From a virus (taxonomy: Duplodnaviria > Caudoviricetes), in IMG/VR virus record IMGVR_UViG_3300049925_000122, positions 1 to 24,132 of that record: a DNA stretch of 24,132 nt. One strand, 5' to 3'. A program made the translations under genes and the position numbers. Positions 21,363 through 24,132 of the stretch are shown here, piece by piece. Position 1 is the first letter of the stretch. Every line of letters starts with the position of its first letter. The notes under the pieces are model-generated. The model was not told the origin of the DNA. It ran no database searches and saw only the letters and a program-made list of their open reading frames with translations.

Positions 21363-22892
21363 ATGGATGCCTCTTTGTTCAACTCTCTCGCAGGCGGCGC
21401 AGTCTCGTTGAACGAGGCGCAGGTCAAGTACCTGGTCGCTGCCCTCAACGACAACCTCAAGAAAGCGCAGGATGCGTCGACGGTCGGCTATCAGGTCGCC
21501 CCGACCATCGGTGGTCCGCTGTCGCCGCTGCTCCCGCAGTCGATCGACCCCGTCCTCACCTCGCTCGCGATCTCGCAAGACGAGCTGATGATGTGGAAGA
21601 TGCTGCCCAAGGACACGGCGACGCAGACCCTGCATGAGTACCGTCGGCGCGTCAGCCACGGTTCGCTGGTGCAGGATCACAACGTCGGCGAAGGTTCGGC
21701 GGGTAACAACAGCACGTCGACCTACGACATGCAGAGCGTCCAGATCAAGTTCTGGTCGGTCCGTCGTGAGATCACCGACGTCGCTGCGGGCCTGACGGGC
21801 ATCGCCCCGGCCAGCAACCTGCTGACCGAGCACACCAACGAGGCCGCCTTCGACCTGCTCCGCAGCGTCGAAATGGACACCCTGTTCGGTGACACCGACC
21901 TGATCTCAACCAAGGTCAACGGCGTCATCAAGCAGATTGTCGCCAAGGGCAAGACCGAGGACCTGGCCGGCGCGCAGATCACCCTGGACCGCATCAGCCT
22001 GACCCTGCGCAAGCTGGCTCAGCCGACGTCGGCCCGCGGCGGTATCCACCCGACGCACATCCTGACCACGCACGCGATCTGGAATGATCTCGAGCGCCAG
22101 GAGCGCAAGTCGGGCGCCCGCTTCGACAAGACCACTTCGGAGCCCAAGTTCTACTTCGGCGCCGAGGCGATCAACGTCCTGGGCCCCAAGGGCAACATCC
22201 CGATCATCGCGGTGCCGTTCCTCGACGATCAGGCCATCATCGGTCTGCCGTCGGACAGCGCTCTGTCGCCGAATGGTAGCGGCGTCTCGGGCTCGGTTCC
22301 CGCCGGCCCCGTTGCCCCGGACATCACCGTGAATGGCACGGGTTGGGCTTCGGGCGCGAATGCCAGCTCGAAGTTCCTTGCGGCTGACGCGGGCGCGTAC
22401 TGGTACAAAGTCGTTGCCCACAATGCGGACGGCTTCTCGGCCCCGACCATCTCGGCCCCGTTCGTGGGCGCTGGTAACCCGGCTGGCGCTTCGGCGGCCG
22501 TCACTGTGGCGGCTGGCGATGTGGTCACGATGAAGTTCAAGGAAGAGACCACGTCCTACAAGCCGACGTACTACCGCGTCTATCGCTCGCCCAAGAACGG
22601 CGCGGTGGCGGACTGCGCGTACCTGTACTCGGTCAAGGTTCCGGCCGGCGCCGGTAACATCGTGACCATCTCGGACACGAACTCGGTTCGCGCCAACACC
22701 GGCCGTGTCCTGTTCTGGACCAACGACAAGGACCACGTGTGCTTCTACCGGCTGCTGCCGATGGCGCGCATCCCCTTGGCGAAGATCCAGCTGACCACGC
22801 CGTTCTCGATCTTCATGTCGGGCGCCCCGGTCATCAAGCTGCCGGAGAAGTTCTACATGATGACCAACGTCGGCTTCGCCGCGGCGCTGTAA
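21363..22892 (+). CDS. Major capsid protein, SPO1/Twort/A511 (Herelleviridae-like) type
   Basis: NLKKAQDASTVGY; QSIDPVLTSL; TLHEY...HG; VEMDTLFGD...NGVIKQI; Ig-like insertion YWYKVVAHN...SAP...RVYR; C-terminus RLLPMARIPLA...GAPVIKLPEKF...NV parallels phage K Cps (ELLPMMKLPLA...GALALRAPKKW...NV, recalled). Confidence 0.93.
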   Translation: MDASLFNSLAGGAVSLNEAQVKYLVAALNDNLKKAQDASTVGYQVAPTIGGPLSPLLPQSIDPVLTSLAISQDELMMWKMLPKDTATQTLHEYRRRVSHGSLVQDHNVGEGSAGNNSTSTYDMQSVQIKFWSVRREITDVAAGLTGIAPASNLLTEHTNEAAFDLLRSVEMDTLFGDTDLISTKVNGVIKQIVAKGKTEDLAGAQITLDRISLTLRKLAQPTSARGGIHPTHILTTHAIWNDLERQERKSGARFDKTTSEPKFYFGAEAINVLGPKGNIPIIAVPFLDDQAIIGLPSDSALSPNGSGVSGSVPAGPVAPDITVNGTGWASGANASSKFLAADAGAYWYKVVAHNADGFSAPTISAPFVGAGNPAGASAAVTVAAGDVVTMKFKEETTSYKPTYYRVYRSPKNGAVADCAYLYSVKVPAGAGNIVTISDTNSVRANTGRVLFWTNDKDHVCFYRLLPMARIPLAKIQLTTPFSIFMSGAPVIKLPEKFYMMTNVGFAAAL

Positions 22893-22929
22893 CAAGCCCG
22901 CTCAGCCCACCTGAGTGAAGGAGATCCCG

Positions 22930-23268
22930 ATGGCCTGGTACGCTAAGCTGCCTCATATGTTCGGTGGAAATGTTGTGCTGCACAACGCTTTCTACATCAA
23001 GGACAATGGCAAGCTTGAGCCCCAGCCGGAACCCGGCAGCCAGGACTTTGTCCGCTGCCAGATGTTCCCGGACCTCTTCACTCAGGTGGATGCTGCCGAC
23101 GAACCAGCCGAGGGGGCCTCGGTCGCGTCGGAGCCGGCAGTGCCTGCTCCCGACGTGGCCGAGGTCGCCGTCGCCGAACCCGTTACTACGCCGTCGGTCC
23201 TCAGCTCGACCGGGTTGATCGAGTCCCCGACGGTGACCAAGCGCGTCAAGTCCAAGCTCGGAGGCTAA
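22930..23268 (+). CDS. Hypothetical protein downstream of the capsid gene
   Basis: ATG 22930 follows AAGGAG; short folded N-terminal part with P/A/E/V-rich tail and basic end. Confidence 0.75.
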   Translation: MAWYAKLPHMFGGNVVLHNAFYIKDNGKLEPQPEPGSQDFVRCQMFPDLFTQVDAADEPAEGASVASEPAVPAPDVAEVAVAEPVTTPSVLSSTGLIESPTVTKRVKSKLGG

Positions 23269-23272
23269 GGCC

Positions 23273-24076
23273 ATGAATCTCAATCAGTTTACCACTGACG
23301 AACTCGCCACCCTCGCCGCCTGGACGGACCAGCTCGCCCTGGCCGCCGATCTCGAAGGTGGCTACAATCCGCTGAACGCCCCGCGCCTCGGCGGCCTCGC
23401 CAAGTTCTTCTGCGACTTCCTGCTCAAGAGCGGCGCGGTTGGCTTGCCTGTTATCAACAAGACGGGCGGCAGCTTGGCGGTCAACAAGGCCGTCTACATC
23501 TCCGGCTACGACACGGTCTCGGGCTGCTTCAAGGTGGCGCTCGCCGCCCCGACGACGACCAAGGCTGTCGGCGTTCTGGAAGCGGCGCTCGCGGACGGCG
23601 CCACCGGCACGCTGCGTAGCAACTTCCTGCTCGCGAACTCGGGTCTGGATACGTCGGGCGCTACGCTCGGCGACCCCGTGTACCTCGCGGCATCCGGCGC
23701 CTTGTCGCTGACGGCCTCGTCGGCCGACGGCGCCTTTACGCAGGTTGTCGGCTATGTGCAGACGTTGGTCAACACGGTCGCTCCGAATGCCGGTGGCACG
23801 ATCCGCATCGCCCCACAGCCCACGGCGCCCACGGCGACCCGCGTGGAAGTGACGGTGTCGGCCGCAACGGGCATCTACTCGGCAGCGGCCCCGGCCGGCT
23901 GGTCGAACGGCGACGCGCTGGTCGGCACCTACGGTGGCGACGCAACGAACAACGTGTACCTGCTGTTCTGCAAGGTCAGCGCCGGCAACCTGGTCGTCAA
24001 GATCTCAGGCGACCCGGGCGCCACCCCGGCCACGGTGCACGTCGTCCGCGTGCAAGCCCTGCCGTTGGCGGCGTAA
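23273..24076 (+). CDS. Putative capsid decoration/cement or head-fibre protein (DUF2190-like core)
   Basis: NKTGGSLAVNKAVYISG...AVGVL...ADGATG...LDTSG.TLGDPVYL...GAL...QVVGYV pattern; Gly/Ala/Thr-rich; located after the capsid gene. Confidence 0.65.
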   Translation: MNLNQFTTDELATLAAWTDQLALAADLEGGYNPLNAPRLGGLAKFFCDFLLKSGAVGLPVINKTGGSLAVNKAVYISGYDTVSGCFKVALAAPTTTKAVGVLEAALADGATGTLRSNFLLANSGLDTSGATLGDPVYLAASGALSLTASSADGAFTQVVGYVQTLVNTVAPNAGGTIRIAPQPTAPTATRVEVTVSAATGIYSAAAPAGWSNGDALVGTYGGDATNNVYLLFCKVSAGNLVVKISGDPGATPATVHVVRVQALPLAA

Positions 24077-24132
24077 GCTCTCCCCTGCCTTGCGGCCGCC
24101 CGGGATTGCTGGCAGGCTGACAGTGTAGGAGA

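Larger units (their letters stand above)
1..24132 (+). mobile_element. Tailed phage/prophage DNA-packaging and head-morphogenesis module (Herelleviridae-like head genes, high GC)
   Basis: Co-oriented, tightly packed terminase, portal, MuF, prohead protease, scaffold and capsid genes. No host genes, integrase or att site are visible, so phage versus prophage cannot be decided. Confidence 0.95.

Noticed and set aside
24084-24116. cctgcc...ggcagg hairpin after the last gene as a terminator (likewise ctcag...ctgag near 22901-22915)
   Set aside because: No U-tract, and each is followed directly by an RBS-like sequence, so the operon probably continues.
1-24132. tRNA, rRNA, integrase, att sites or IS elements
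   Set aside because: Intergenic gaps are at most ~80 bp, and none shows a cloverleaf, transposase or recombinase signature.

Overview
The whole window is a single-strand (+) head-morphogenesis and DNA-packaging module of a high-GC tailed phage or prophage. Gene order: terminase small subunit (5'-truncated), terminase large subunit, hypothetical, portal, tandem inorganic-pyrophosphatase-like (InPase) protein, five small membrane/lipoprotein genes, hypothetical, a 3,298-aa mosaic 'polyvalent-like' protein, two small ORFs, MuF-like protein, prohead protease, scaffold, major capsid protein of the SPO1/Twort/A511 (Herelleviridae-like) type, hypothetical, and a capsid decoration-like protein. The giant protein carries a ParB-like domain, an AT-hook, an NlpC/P60-like domain and internal repeats. 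The best candidate for a novel system is a protease-addressed capsid cargo system. The motif [ILV]-x-K-[AS], equivalent to the A511/K-type capsid maturation site, marks the capsid propeptide and saturates the scaffold. It also sits at domain boundaries of the portal, protease, InPase protein and both ends of the giant protein. The giant gene is a patchwork of high- and lower-GC modules joined by E-E-A-x-P-P linkers, and one module is bracketed by 26-bp direct repeats. All family assignments come from motif recognition by eye; no searches were run.
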